From the IMG/VR virus record IMGVR_UViG_3300023047_000002: DNA of 64,000 nt, one strand, 5' to 3'. The position numbers and the translations under genes are program-made. Origin of the DNA: a virus (lineage: Duplodnaviria > Caudoviricetes). This document shows positions 30,741-40,897 of this stretch, piece by piece. The notes below the pieces were generated by a model. It worked only from the letters and a program-made list of their open reading frames with translations, had not been told where the DNA came from and made no database searches. Position 1 is the stretch's first letter, and each line of letters opens with the position of its first letter.

Positions 30741-33700
30741 TTAGTCACCTTCGCCACTGACAGGGGCGGAGTTTGATTCATATTTTGTCTGACCAATAAG
30801 AGTGATCTGAACACAACGGTCAAGAACATCTATGGACAAATCAGAAGCACTCATTGTTTGGATTGCTTGAGGCAGCTTTATATTGCCATCAATGAGATTC
30901 ATGCTGAAACCTTCCTGTGCATCAATAATGTCCTGACTAAGGATATTACGTACTTCATCTGAGATCTTTATCGCAACAGCCGTACTCGGAAGATAACACT
31001 TGATCTCGTCAGCCGTGTCTGATGCCTTATACTGTGCAGACAAAACGGACTTGCCCTTTACAATTTTACAAACAAAAGTTCCAATGGTTACTGTCACAGG
31101 GAAGACAAGAGAACTGTCAGGCATGACACCGTTATAATAAGTAACTGGATTTTCAGCTGATGCAATAATAGTGTAAACCTCATCTTCTTCAGGTGGGTCA
31201 ACAAGCGACAACGTAATATCTGACAGTCTGATATAATACTCCGGAACAGTGTCTATACGAGCAAATCCATTTGCACTTGTTCCACTGACAGGAAGATAAG
31301 GAACTCTGGACAAATCAATAGTTCCAATTGGAGCTTCTGTGCTTGAAGGATGTTCGTACTTGTTCACAACATCTGTTCCTGTAGCATAGAGCTTAATACT
31401 TGTAAGTGTAGAATCTTCATACGGATCAAGAACGGAAGGCGTGATGGTCATCAATGCCTTTGAACACCAAAAGATGCTTCCGTCATACGAAGCCATAGAA
31501 GGAAATGCGTCTCTTACGGAATCTTTAAGCGTAAATCCAATTCCCAACTTATCACGCGTCTCGTAATACTTGTCGATATACTCCGGATGCTCCATCAAAA
31601 TACGCGATGTTTTGTCGAAAGAATCAGAGCTTGGGTGACGATAAACAAGCTCATCGATCACAGAGAAAGGCTTAACGCGAATGTACGATGAATGATCTGA
31701 ATCATCAATGAGAGACACAACGTTCTTCTGAACGACACAGTATGGATTCAAAGAGTCATAAAGCTCAGCAGAGAGAGTAGGATCTGGATAGAAATAAAAT
31801 GCAGTCATCCCGTCATCGAAAGCATCTTTCAACAGACCTGGGAACCCGTAATCAACATTTGGAGACCCTACAAACTGAAATGCAAGAGCATTACCAAACA
31901 AAGCATAATGAATGTCATTCCAGTTTTCAGGCTCAAATGAAGCATGGACAGGAACATTGTTGAACCGAACGTCATGTGTTTTGGAATTGAATGTTTCCAT
32001 CAAGCTGTCAAGTATAAGACCAGGCTCGCTATCTTTAACGAAGATATACCCACTGTCCTGAGCAATGTCCGCAATTCCGTACCACCCGTTTCGAGTATGG
32101 ATATCTACAATCACATCGGTTGAAGACGAAAGAGGTGAACCGTGTTTAAACTCATCATTCTCATCATTCCAGACATACAGCTGTGCACCTGCTGGAATAC
32201 GTGCGTATCTCTTAAATTCATCATACGCACCAATCTCCTTAACGTACTCACGAATATTTGTTGACCATGTATAAGCAGGTACTGGTGTATCTGTAGGATT
32301 ACCATCAAGATCCACGAGGTTGCCATGTTCATCCACTGCAATAACACGATACCACCAATAACCGCTAAATGATTCTGAACTACGACCGTAAACAGCGATA
32401 CGTACACCTTCAGGTAATACAGTTGGCAGTGCGTGCTCAGCAGTTCCGTCAGTGTAAACCGCACCATACATGACAGTTTCACGAACCGTAATGCCATCAA
32501 GATTAAAGGGCAAAAACACCATAGGTGTTTTGTCATCTGTCGAGATTTCAGGAACCTCCATTGGCATAACATCGCATATATAAGCCTTTACCGTAATGAT
32601 ATCCGGCTGCAACGGTGTTTCCTGTGCATCTGTCTGTACCCAACTGTTCAAAGGCAGGGTAAGGTCTATATCGCATCCATAGCTTCCCGTATGTGGATTA
32701 TGTTTCTTTCCTGTGTCGAAAGGAACAATGCATCCCAATGTTTTATGCTGTGAAACTGGTGCATGGTTAATTCCTGTGTAACCATCAATTTCAACAACGA
32801 CAGAAGAGAACGGTCGTAGTTTGAGGTTGTCTGCACATGACACAAGCAAATGTGCGTCCATATTCGAGCTTGACGGATTCGTGATGTTGTTTTTCAATTG
32901 GCCACAAAGTTCTGCCTTGAATCCATCAGAGCACTGAATGGAATTGAGTAACCAATTCTTCGTTCCATGTGTATAATGTGCAGCCGAAAGAATGCGAACA
33001 GTGAATAACGGAGCACCACCGATCATTCCACTGTCGCCTATAAAGGCAAACGGAACTATGGCATTCTTCTGTTCACCATTATCGTTCCAAAACACTTTAC
33101 GCGAGAGTGCGATCTTTTGTTTCGCATCCTCGGCGTTAGATTCTTTTTCAAGACCGATGTTATAGAACTGACTCTCATTGGCAAGCGTAAGACCTTCATT
33201 TGAAACGAAAGTCATGCGTCGTGCGCTGTCAACATAGAAAGAACTGTCCCAGGCTTCATCAGCTTTAAAGTACGCAGTACGAGCTACAGATATTTGCTGT
33301 TCATAAATACCTTTAAGGACACGTAAAAGTTTTGTACGTGAAGCATTCTGTAACTGGATGCCGTCAACTTCTTTATCGCCAAGAGCATTGTATTTTAGTT
33401 TTAACGCAGCACACTCACTATTCGTGTAAACCGCTTTAAAATCCGAAGGATCAATGGCAATTTTAGGAAACAACGCATTGATTTCGTCGATGCTTATTGT
33501 GTTCGGGAAAATTGCGTACTGTCTTGTGAGTTCAAATGGAATGTTCGGGTCAGTAGAGATAATACGACTGTATCCCTGCCACAGAATTGCGGCGAGCTCA
33601 TCCGTAAGTCCTTCAACAACACGTACCTTATCCTGACCGATGTTTTCAACCGTATCAGGGTCTCGGTCATCACAGATTACAAAGTAATCTGAAATCTTTG

Positions 33701-34676
33701 GTTTTCTGGCAACAGTGCCTGATGCTATTTTCCTGCACTCATCGAACGTCTTGTCCAACTGAGTAAGGACAATCTTTCCATCCTGCGTTGTAATCTCAAA
33801 TGCTTTGACATTTGCTTTGTACTGCTCCATTGCTGCTTCATCAATAGAGGCAAGCTCTTCTATGACAGAATCAAGACCAGACACAAAAACATAATGTGTT
33901 GTTCCATTGCTTTCATTTAAGACATAGACAGTTCGACAAGGGCGTTGCACTGCAGACGGGTCCACCCAAATCTTCTCGCCAAACACATACTGAGGATTGT
34001 GAACCGTGACTGCGTCGTCGTTTCCACAAGAAGATCCAAGATTTGCTTGATCAATAAGGTTTCCGTCAGCATCAAACAGCTGCAAGTCTTTCGTATTTTC
34101 GTCAAACTTAATCGTCAGCTTCTGAATGTTTGCACCTGCCTGAAGATTCTCCAAATCCTGCAAGGTGGCAACGCCATTTTCAATGCCGATAATCGATGAG
34201 AACCCATTGGTAAGAACGACTGAGAACGTAACATACAACGAGTTCTTACCATCACCTTGCAAAACGGATGTGTTATTGTTACTTGCAACAGCAAACAGAA
34301 CATTCTCTAATGGTGTTCCGTCTTCAATAACGATATCACCATGTGCATCGACAACAGAAGCAAACAGATAAGCTGTACGAACAATCAGTTCAGATTCAAC
34401 GTCTGTGTTGAACTTGCCGACAGCACGGACAGACAGGTTACCATTATTACCGATGTAAGATTTTATCGGCGTCACAGACCACATTACACCATGACGGAAT
34501 CTGTCCGGCTCACTAACGGCCTGTTCATAGGTCAAACCACCACCGTTAGGCATCTGACTGGGTGCAACGGTACCCTGTTCAACGAACATGGACGTGAATG
34601 AGAGGGAGCATCCGTCCTTCACTTTCTTCAGGAGATAAAATCCCTGATTCGTTATGTTTTGACGATCAAATGCCAT
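30741..34676 (-). CDS. Tail fibre/baseplate protein, paralog of 49205-51859, with extra C-terminal SH3-like repeats
   Basis: N-terminal ITNQG tail-collar-like motif; shares DLQLFD..LIDQANL, QKIALSR, FAFIGDSG..GGAPLFTV and LNSWVQT..PDII with the paralog. Confidence 0.65.
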   Translation of the reverse strand: MAFDRQNITNQGFYLLKKVKDGCSLSFTSMFVEQGTVAPSQMPNGGGLTYEQAVSEPDRFRHGVMWSVTPIKSYIGNNGNLSVRAVGKFNTDVESELIVRTAYLFASVVDAHGDIVIEDGTPLENVLFAVASNNNTSVLQGDGKNSLYVTFSVVLTNGFSSIIGIENGVATLQDLENLQAGANIQKLTIKFDENTKDLQLFDADGNLIDQANLGSSCGNDDAVTVHNPQYVFGEKIWVDPSAVQRPCRTVYVLNESNGTTHYVFVSGLDSVIEELASIDEAAMEQYKANVKAFEITTQDGKIVLTQLDKTFDECRKIASGTVARKPKISDYFVICDDRDPDTVENIGQDKVRVVEGLTDELAAILWQGYSRIISTDPNIPFELTRQYAIFPNTISIDEINALFPKIAIDPSDFKAVYTNSECAALKLKYNALGDKEVDGIQLQNASRTKLLRVLKGIYEQQISVARTAYFKADEAWDSSFYVDSARRMTFVSNEGLTLANESQFYNIGLEKESNAEDAKQKIALSRKVFWNDNGEQKNAIVPFAFIGDSGMIGGAPLFTVRILSAAHYTHGTKNWLLNSIQCSDGFKAELCGQLKNNITNPSSSNMDAHLLVSCADNLKLRPFSSVVVEIDGYTGINHAPVSQHKTLGCIVPFDTGKKHNPHTGSYGCDIDLTLPLNSWVQTDAQETPLQPDIITVKAYICDVMPMEVPEISTDDKTPMVFLPFNLDGITVRETVMYGAVYTDGTAEHALPTVLPEGVRIAVYGRSSESFSGYWWYRVIAVDEHGNLVDLDGNPTDTPVPAYTWSTNIREYVKEIGAYDEFKRYARIPAGAQLYVWNDENDEFKHGSPLSSSTDVIVDIHTRNGWYGIADIAQDSGYIFVKDSEPGLILDSLMETFNSKTHDVRFNNVPVHASFEPENWNDIHYALFGNALAFQFVGSPNVDYGFPGLLKDAFDDGMTAFYFYPDPTLSAELYDSLNPYCVVQKNVVSLIDDSDHSSYIRVKPFSVIDELVYRHPSSDSFDKTSRILMEHPEYIDKYYETRDKLGIGFTLKDSVRDAFPSMASYDGSIFWCSKALMTITPSVLDPYEDSTLTSIKLYATGTDVVNKYEHPSSTEAPIGTIDLSRVPYLPVSGTSANGFARIDTVPEYYIRLSDITLSLVDPPEEDEVYTIIASAENPVTYYNGVMPDSSLVFPVTVTIGTFVCKIVKGKSVLSAQYKASDTADEIKCYLPSTAVAIKISDEVRNILSQDIIDAQEGFSMNLIDGNIKLPQAIQTMSASDLSIDVLDRCVQITLIGQTKYESNSAPVSGEGD

Positions 34677-34762
34677 AACATCCTCCATTTGAAATTACGT
34701 ACAGCACAATTGTGATGTAGCACAAACACTTTATATTTTGATAGGCTTGAGCGAACGGCTGC

Positions 34763-35082
34763 GTGAACTACCCACCGCATTTAAGATGTTGGACTCTGAT
34801 GCAAGCACATCTCAACTAACATAAAAACTATGAGTGTGATGTGCAGTAAGTCAGCTATCCAACACGTTCCGTATGTTCCACACTTTATTCAATTATAAGG
34901 TTATAGACAAGTCTAGCACAACAAATATCCGGTGGACTTTATTTGCCTGTCGAAAACTTGGACACATACGATACTTATATGCATTTAACATTGAGGTATT
35001 TCCGATCCATTTTTATTCGTCATTGTTACAAATGGCTCGCATTACCCACGGGATTTAGCACGTGGGCTTGCGGATCGCTTTT
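34763..35082 (-). mobile_element. Second non-autonomous IS200/IS605-family mini-element, omegaRNA-like
   Basis: Minus strand: CCAT, then LE aagcgatccgcaagcccacg..ccgtgggtaatgcga (matches 24706 LE), ending gcggtgggtagttcac; no tnpA/tnpB ORF. Confidence 0.7.
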
Positions 35083-35148
35083 ATGGCCAATCGTATTGAT
35101 AACACAACCTGAAACTTATTTAAACAATCCATTTCACACTTGAATATG

Positions 35149-36876
35149 TTAAATGTTATTCAGTCTCAATGTAAGCATAAGCTCTCTCATCAAACGGGTA
35201 TCTACGGAGACAACCTGATCATCACCAACCGACACAACAGCAAACGGAATGACAGAGTTATTATCCATACGTGAGGCATACAGGACTAGCGATGCAATGT
35301 TGAACACGCCTGTCTGATCCGTCATGTCAAACGAAACACGAACAACCAAGTTAGGTCTGTCTGAATCATACTCATTAGTCACATCAATGATATTGCCGAC
35401 AACTGAAGACTTGTGAAGCAAGTTAATCTGGTCTTCAGTAAGAAGTTCAATCTGCTCATTGGTAAAGGAAGCATCTGGAATGGCATGGACGTAAAGAATG
35501 TCCTTTATACCTGATGCAGACAGTCCATACATAGCATCCTGACCTGAACTCGTGATTCCCATCTCTTTGAATGTCAAGCCACTCCGATAACTCATAGACA
35601 TGGCTGCAGTGGATGAACTATCGTGTTCAATCAATTCCTCGCTATTCAAATCCATTAACTGTTCTGCAACGACATACGCACCCTTCTCAACACCTTGGTC
35701 AACCTGCTGTGAGACATGTTCAAGATCATACGTTCCACAATCGGCATTCAGGTAGACATCAGGCAAAGTGTACTGCGTAGAAAACTCAGCACCAATGCGA
35801 ACGGGAACTTTAACACGGTTTCTGATGCTTATGTCTTCGACTGTAAGCGGAAGCCGCTTAATATCCAGGTTTGCGCGAATATTAAAGTCGCCAATGTGAA
35901 AAGCATTATTTGAGGCCTCGACCTTTGTTGAAATAAAAACGTTCGGTATCATAGTTCCTGTCACCATCCAAAAGGTCATTTGCACTTCAACACCCAAACC
36001 GGCGTAAATGTCCGCATACCTGTACATGTCAGGCAATGAGGATAAATCGATTTCTCCAAACAAATCGCCAGTCAGTGTTGAACTCTGGTCGTCAATAGGT
36101 TCCGATAAATCACCGGAACTTTGTGAAAGAGCACCAACAGTATCCGTCAAGTCGTAAGGGGTTGTATTCTCCGCATTGTAGAAAAGGTTTTTACCTTGAA
36201 GGTCTTCACGACCTCTGTACACAGGATTATGAAACACATCCATGGCTGATTGCGTAATCCCAGAGTCTGTCCCTTTATACCATCCAATGTCCTCACGAGC
36301 GAACGGAGCACTTCCATAACCCATTTCCATGAGTCCATAGAGGTACCCTTCAGAAAGCTGATAACGTAAAGGGTATGAAACACGTAGTCTTGACGCATTC
36401 CACGAAGTATAAGCCTGGTCATAACGCTCAGAATAATCAATATCGCTTTCTCCATCAATACGTTGCGGAGGAATAAACTGCAACGCTTCCTGTATGGAGA
36501 TCGGAGTGTGATCAGAGGAAGACATAAACTCAGGAATCTTACCGTTGATGCCTGAGACAAACCCAAGTTCTTCAAGCAGATACCGAAATGACCAAATGTC
36601 AAAGTAAAGACCATCATCCGTTAGGTCGATACGCCACTTGTCATCAAGGTATTCGTGAGCCTTATTGAAAAAGGACAAATCCGTGATTCGCTCCTCACCA
36701 TCCTTGTCAATGATGCTGTTAGGAATCCAAATATGATCTGATACATGACTATGACCTGTCGCGGCTGAATAACCGATAAGGAAAAGCATGTTCAAATCAA
36801 CGGAATTGTACCGTCCAAGTAGATAGTCATAATACTGAATATCATAGTTATTTCTTGTCCAATAAGCTAAAGGCAT
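35149..36876 (-). CDS. Putative baseplate/tail protein
   Basis: First gene of the tail block; C-terminal VSFD..GVFNIASLVLYA resembles baseplate/tail-collar domains. Confidence 0.5.
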   Translation of the reverse strand: MPLAYWTRNNYDIQYYDYLLGRYNSVDLNMLFLIGYSAATGHSHVSDHIWIPNSIIDKDGEERITDLSFFNKAHEYLDDKWRIDLTDDGLYFDIWSFRYLLEELGFVSGINGKIPEFMSSSDHTPISIQEALQFIPPQRIDGESDIDYSERYDQAYTSWNASRLRVSYPLRYQLSEGYLYGLMEMGYGSAPFAREDIGWYKGTDSGITQSAMDVFHNPVYRGREDLQGKNLFYNAENTTPYDLTDTVGALSQSSGDLSEPIDDQSSTLTGDLFGEIDLSSLPDMYRYADIYAGLGVEVQMTFWMVTGTMIPNVFISTKVEASNNAFHIGDFNIRANLDIKRLPLTVEDISIRNRVKVPVRIGAEFSTQYTLPDVYLNADCGTYDLEHVSQQVDQGVEKGAYVVAEQLMDLNSEELIEHDSSSTAAMSMSYRSGLTFKEMGITSSGQDAMYGLSASGIKDILYVHAIPDASFTNEQIELLTEDQINLLHKSSVVGNIIDVTNEYDSDRPNLVVRVSFDMTDQTGVFNIASLVLYASRMDNNSVIPFAVVSVGDDQVVSVDTRLMRELMLTLRLNNI

Positions 36877-36935
36877 TACGTCACCACATACAAAAAGCGT
36901 AAAGTGAAACGGACAACACAAGGCGATGCTTTCCG

Positions 36936-36987
36936 TTTTGATAAGGATAAGAACCGCAAACCCATGTGGCTCTCATCCTTATCAAAA
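36936..36987. promoter_or_regulatory. Long imperfect hairpin between divergent genes
   Basis: 13-bp perfect IR ttttgataaggat/atccttatcaaaa, extendable to about 23 bp with mismatches/wobbles. Confidence 0.5.
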
Positions 36988-37021
36988 TAAACGTGAATTA
37001 AGAACATTTCGGAGATTCAAG

Positions 37022-37537
37022 ATGAAACAACTTCCAATGATTATGTCATGCGGACTCTATTATGAAACAAAAGGACTTAGAGAGCTATGTCATGCAGTCA
37101 AACAACGAAACGACGATGCAATGACAACGGCGGCAGAATGCTTGTCCGATATCGTAACACTCTACAATCTGGACGGATTCCATATCATTCCGATACCTAA
37201 CCACAGCGGAAAAGCAGAGTACACCTTGGAAATACTCAAACGGTTACAGAAATTGAATGACATCACAATCGACGACATACTGGTAGGTTCTCATCATGAA
37301 ACGATGTACAACGCAAAAAAATCCGGCAATCCGTTGAGCAAAGACAAATTCGGTTTCCGCATAACAAGAAACATTACATCCAAAAACACCATACTGTTTG
37401 ACAACGTAATCGGAAGCGGTACTACGTACTTCGCTGCGCTGGACGCTATCGGAATCGGACTGCCATTACTCGTGCTAGGACAGACACAAGAGACAAACTA
37501 CTATGAACGAGAATGGCGAAAGTGGCGTAGAAATTAA
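37022..37537 (+). CDS. ComF-like phosphoribosyltransferase-fold protein
   Basis: IIPIP and ILFDNVIGSGTT (variant PRPP-binding loop); GGAG RBS. Confidence 0.7.
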   Translation: MKQLPMIMSCGLYYETKGLRELCHAVKQRNDDAMTTAAECLSDIVTLYNLDGFHIIPIPNHSGKAEYTLEILKRLQKLNDITIDDILVGSHHETMYNAKKSGNPLSKDKFGFRITRNITSKNTILFDNVIGSGTTYFAALDAIGIGLPLLVLGQTQETNYYEREWRKWRRN

Positions 37538-37552
37538 ATACAGGGTACGAAA

Positions 37553-37627
37553 TTTGCGTTCTGAGATCGATTTTAACGGTAAAGGTGTAAACACACACAA
37601 GAGGACTAAAGTCGCACAGAACGCAAA
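37553..37627. repeat. Palindromic element related to the ends of the 78-bp repeat
   Basis: tttgcgttctg...cagaacgcaaa IR; resembles aatcgcgtagaacgcaattt at 25111-25130. Confidence 0.5.
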
Positions 37628-37670
37628 ATAGATGGCTTTACGTCGATGGATGTTTTTTAAGCTCTAATAC

Positions 37671-37892
37671 TTAGTCTTCGCAAGCAGACATAAAGGTGTC
37701 CTTTTCAACTTTGCGATAGGTTTCCATGCTTTCCATTATGGAGTGTATGCTTAACTTTAATGCTTTATAAGGTTCTTCAAGCATTTCCGGCAAATGGTCT
37801 TCAGTGATTTCGTCAAGCAGCTCATCCATGCAATAACACATGGAAAACAGAGCACTTACAGATTCCAAATGCATAAGGTCTTTTTGTTTCAT
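37671..37892 (-). CDS. Small hypothetical helical protein
   Basis: Probable start MKQKDL. Confidence 0.55.
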   Translation of the reverse strand: MKQKDLMHLESVSALFSMCYCMDELLDEITEDHLPEMLEEPYKALKLSIHSIMESMETYRKVEKDTFMSACED

Positions 37893-38004
37893 TACTTCAG
37901 CCCCTTCAATTACCAGTAGAAAACATACGTTAGAGATCTTACAGAACGCGTTTCTATGAGTACGCGATTTTTTGATTACGACGTGTGATTTATCGTATGA
38001 TACG

Positions 38005-38044
38005 AAAGTCGTTCTCAAATTTTGGAGTATTTGAGAACGACTTT
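38005..38044. terminator. Perfect 16-bp stem-loop
   Basis: aaagtcgttctcaaat-tttggagt-atttgagaacgacttt downstream of 38065. Confidence 0.65.
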
Positions 38045-38064
38045 AGTTTGCGATTGCTTACAAT

Positions 38065-38577
38065 CTAGCAGAACTGCTCAAGGTCTTCCGTCAAAGCGTC
38101 AATCATCTCACGGGTGAGTTCTTTTCTTCCACTTCCAAGGGAATCCATTGAAGGACACTCGTCGAGCACTTCACGGACATAATGCTCAAGCAAAAGAACA
38201 CAGAAAGCATCCGGATCAGAAAGAGGATTCGGGTTGCAGGAACCAGTTTCAGAAACCCATTCATTCAGAACGTCACCGGCATCGTAACGGTTCTGCGAAA
38301 TGAAATCCCATGATTTCTGTGTGGACATGAAAACCGTTCCGTCCATGGTTTCCCTACCGGTCAATTCCGTTGCAAGATCGTCCATATAGACTTCAACGCC
38401 TTCCATCTCATCCAGACGATCAATGCAATGTTCCGCAGCCCATTTCTTTAATTCATTGTCATTCATGTTGTATGATGACTCAAAATGTCTCCGGCCACGG
38501 ATACGCATTGAGCGATCTGACGGAACTCGTTTCTCGGAACGTGTACGACGAATGTTTCTTATGTTGTGTTTAATCAT
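38065..38577 (-). CDS. Acidic hypothetical protein with Arg-rich leader
   Basis: GGAGG RBS; MIKHNIRNIRRTRSEKR...RGRRHFES, then an acidic helical body. Confidence 0.75.
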   Translation of the reverse strand: MIKHNIRNIRRTRSEKRVPSDRSMRIRGRRHFESSYNMNDNELKKWAAEHCIDRLDEMEGVEVYMDDLATELTGRETMDGTVFMSTQKSWDFISQNRYDAGDVLNEWVSETGSCNPNPLSDPDAFCVLLLEHYVREVLDECPSMDSLGSGRKELTREMIDALTEDLEQFC

Positions 38578-38590
38578 GGTAAAACCTCCA

Positions 38591-40107
38591 TTAACGTGAA
38601 TTAGCGTTATCATATTCTGACGCAAAACGACTTGCAATATCGGAAATTAAGTCCTCAACGGTTTCTCCGACATAATCACCGTTATCATCATGTATCCCAT
38701 CGCCATCAAAGGAATACATGACTTCTGCTAAAGAACCGAATCGTGAACTTCTTCTGTGAGCACTTCTGTCATCACAAAGAACCACATTGATTGTCGGAAC
38801 GCCGTCATCCGATTCAAGACCATCCTCAATGTCGATGCTTGCGTTTACACGACGGAAATGAAATTCATTCTTGCATACTGCCTCAAAGCTAACCTGCACT
38901 TTGTCAATGAAGTCACTTAAATCATTCGCTATCTCGCTGTAAGCATCTAAGCCATTACTTTCATACTACGAGAACGACGAGGACGTTTGCTTTCAAAATT
39001 GCGACGCATTCTATCCCAATCATCCGAAAGGTTTTGAACTTCATCAACAATCCAATCACTGATCTTGTTCTTCACTTGCTCAAGAGAAAGCATACGAAGT
39101 TTGCCAGTCGGCGCAACGCACAGATACAAAGGAATGTCCAAAGTATTGATCCAGACTTCAATACCAGACTCATTCACCAGATTGAGGTAGATACGAATAC
39201 CCGTTGGAAAATGTCCCGTAGCTCCTCCACGTGCTTCATTGACATCAAACATACCGCCTTGAAGCCTACCGAAATGCCGTTTTAATGTATTTACGAGCTT
39301 GTCAAATGCAGCCTGTGTATCTGAATCAACGGACACGTTATTTCGTGGTTTACCCTGAGAAATACACCTACGAAAATCATCGTAGGTTTCACCGAGGTCG
39401 ATACCATCCAAATCCATGAGCTGTTCCATGTAACTCAAGAACGCGCTTGCAATAGACTCAAGCACTGACTGGGATTTCAATCCCATCAAATGAAGTCCAA
39501 GAACCTCATTACAGTACGTCAACAGCTGCATGTCCAACATTTCTGAAAGCGAGTAGTCGTTTGCTTCCAGAGCTTTCTTGTTCTCGTACTTGTGTTGTAC
39601 GCGTAAATTTCGTTTACGTATCATACCCTTTCCCTCTGCTCGAAATTTATCGAAATCCTGATTAAAACTGTCGATTGCCTTTAATATGTGCTTACAAGCA
39701 TACCCGTGCCTGTCAGGATTTGTTTCATTTGGTGGACGACGTTCAATGTCAACACTACCACCCTTTACAGAAGCACGGAACTTGTACCCCTGATAGGTGA
39801 AAGCAGGACATGTACAGTCTATTTCGATATTACCCTTTACGGCGTGCTGTATTTCATCATCCAAGTGTGCCATGTCAGGATTCCATTCCTTAAAACGGAA
39901 CGTGACCGTGTACGACTTCCCTGCTTTCGCTTGTGACGTGACGCTGTAATGAACATCTCCTGTATCTTTGTTGAAGTCTACGAAACGTGCAACGATATTC
40001 GATGAACGTGAACGTGCATAACTTCTTCGGTCAGACAAATTTTGGATGTCTCGTGAGGTTACTTCATCGTGTCGTAAACAATTTGCATGTCCATGCTGCT
40101 TCGTCAT
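38591..40107 (-). CDS. SWIM zinc-finger polyprotein-like gene, split by an apparent 1-nt frameshift near 38966 (ORFs 38947-40116 and 38591-38899)
   Basis: CTCPAF...CKH SWIM motif; CGT-AG-TAT-GAA-AGT, where one added base gives R-x-YES (RKYES if A) continuing in frame into the downstream ORF. Confidence 0.7.
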
Positions 40108-40124
40108 AACAAGCACCCCGAAAC

Positions 40125-40838
40125 CTAGCGTCCAGTGTATTCCCAGATTTGTCCGTTAAGTTCACAGAATGAACCCTCGATACGAATATCCCTACCATAT
40201 GATTCGTAATCGAAGTAATAATCTTTGTTAGCAATGCCGTCCATACCAAGAGAGTCTACAACAGCCTCGCCGATTTCTTCATCTGATGCATCCTCGTCAC
40301 CACACCAGTATTCACCTGCGGTCTCAGGGTCTCCTTCCTCAGAAGCATAATACTCTATTCGGACGTCACGTCCAAATGATTCATAATCGAAGTATCGCTC
40401 AATGGTTTCATCGTCAAAAGAACCTATCTCAGAAGCATAATACTCACCGATAACACGGTCTTCATCATAACCATCTCCGATACATACCATATCGTCAACA
40501 TTCTCGAAGGCTTCATCAACGCTTCCAAAAATCTCTAAAGCGGCAGCGAAAGCATCCACGTCATCAACGTTTTCAACCTTCTCACCTATCTCATTGGCTT
40601 CGTCAAGACTCAAATGCTCACCAAGCGTGTCACACACCTCTGGGATATCACAATCCCAATCAGTCCAGAAGTACTCTTCATAATAGACACCATCCTTGTC
40701 AGGCTCATCGCTGATTCCGATACGTTTACATACGTCCTCGAAGTCATCCTCATCAATAGGAAGTGTAACCCACGTTCCAACCAAATCACCTTCGTTGTAT
40801 TTGCCCAAATTGGTAAGATAACCACGTAAAGTAGCCAT
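40125..40838 (-). CDS. ardA: Antirestriction protein ArdA (DNA mimic)
   Basis: YLTNLGKYNEGDLVGTWVTLP, EEYFWTDWD and YFDYE(S)xGRD (twice); very acidic. Confidence 0.92.
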   Translation of the reverse strand: MATLRGYLTNLGKYNEGDLVGTWVTLPIDEDDFEDVCKRIGISDEPDKDGVYYEEYFWTDWDCDIPEVCDTLGEHLSLDEANEIGEKVENVDDVDAFAAALEIFGSVDEAFENVDDMVCIGDGYDEDRVIGEYYASEIGSFDDETIERYFDYESFGRDVRIEYYASEEGDPETAGEYWCGDEDASDEEIGEAVVDSLGMDGIANKDYYFDYESYGRDIRIEGSFCELNGQIWEYTGR

Positions 40839-40897
40839 AATAAACCTCCAGAAAAAAGAGTAGACTGTTATCTACTACCATGAGACAGAAATAAAAA

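Noticed and set aside
38065-38577. Ocr homologue
   Set aside because: Acidic and helical, but no recognisable sequence match; kept only as a DNA-mimic hypothesis.
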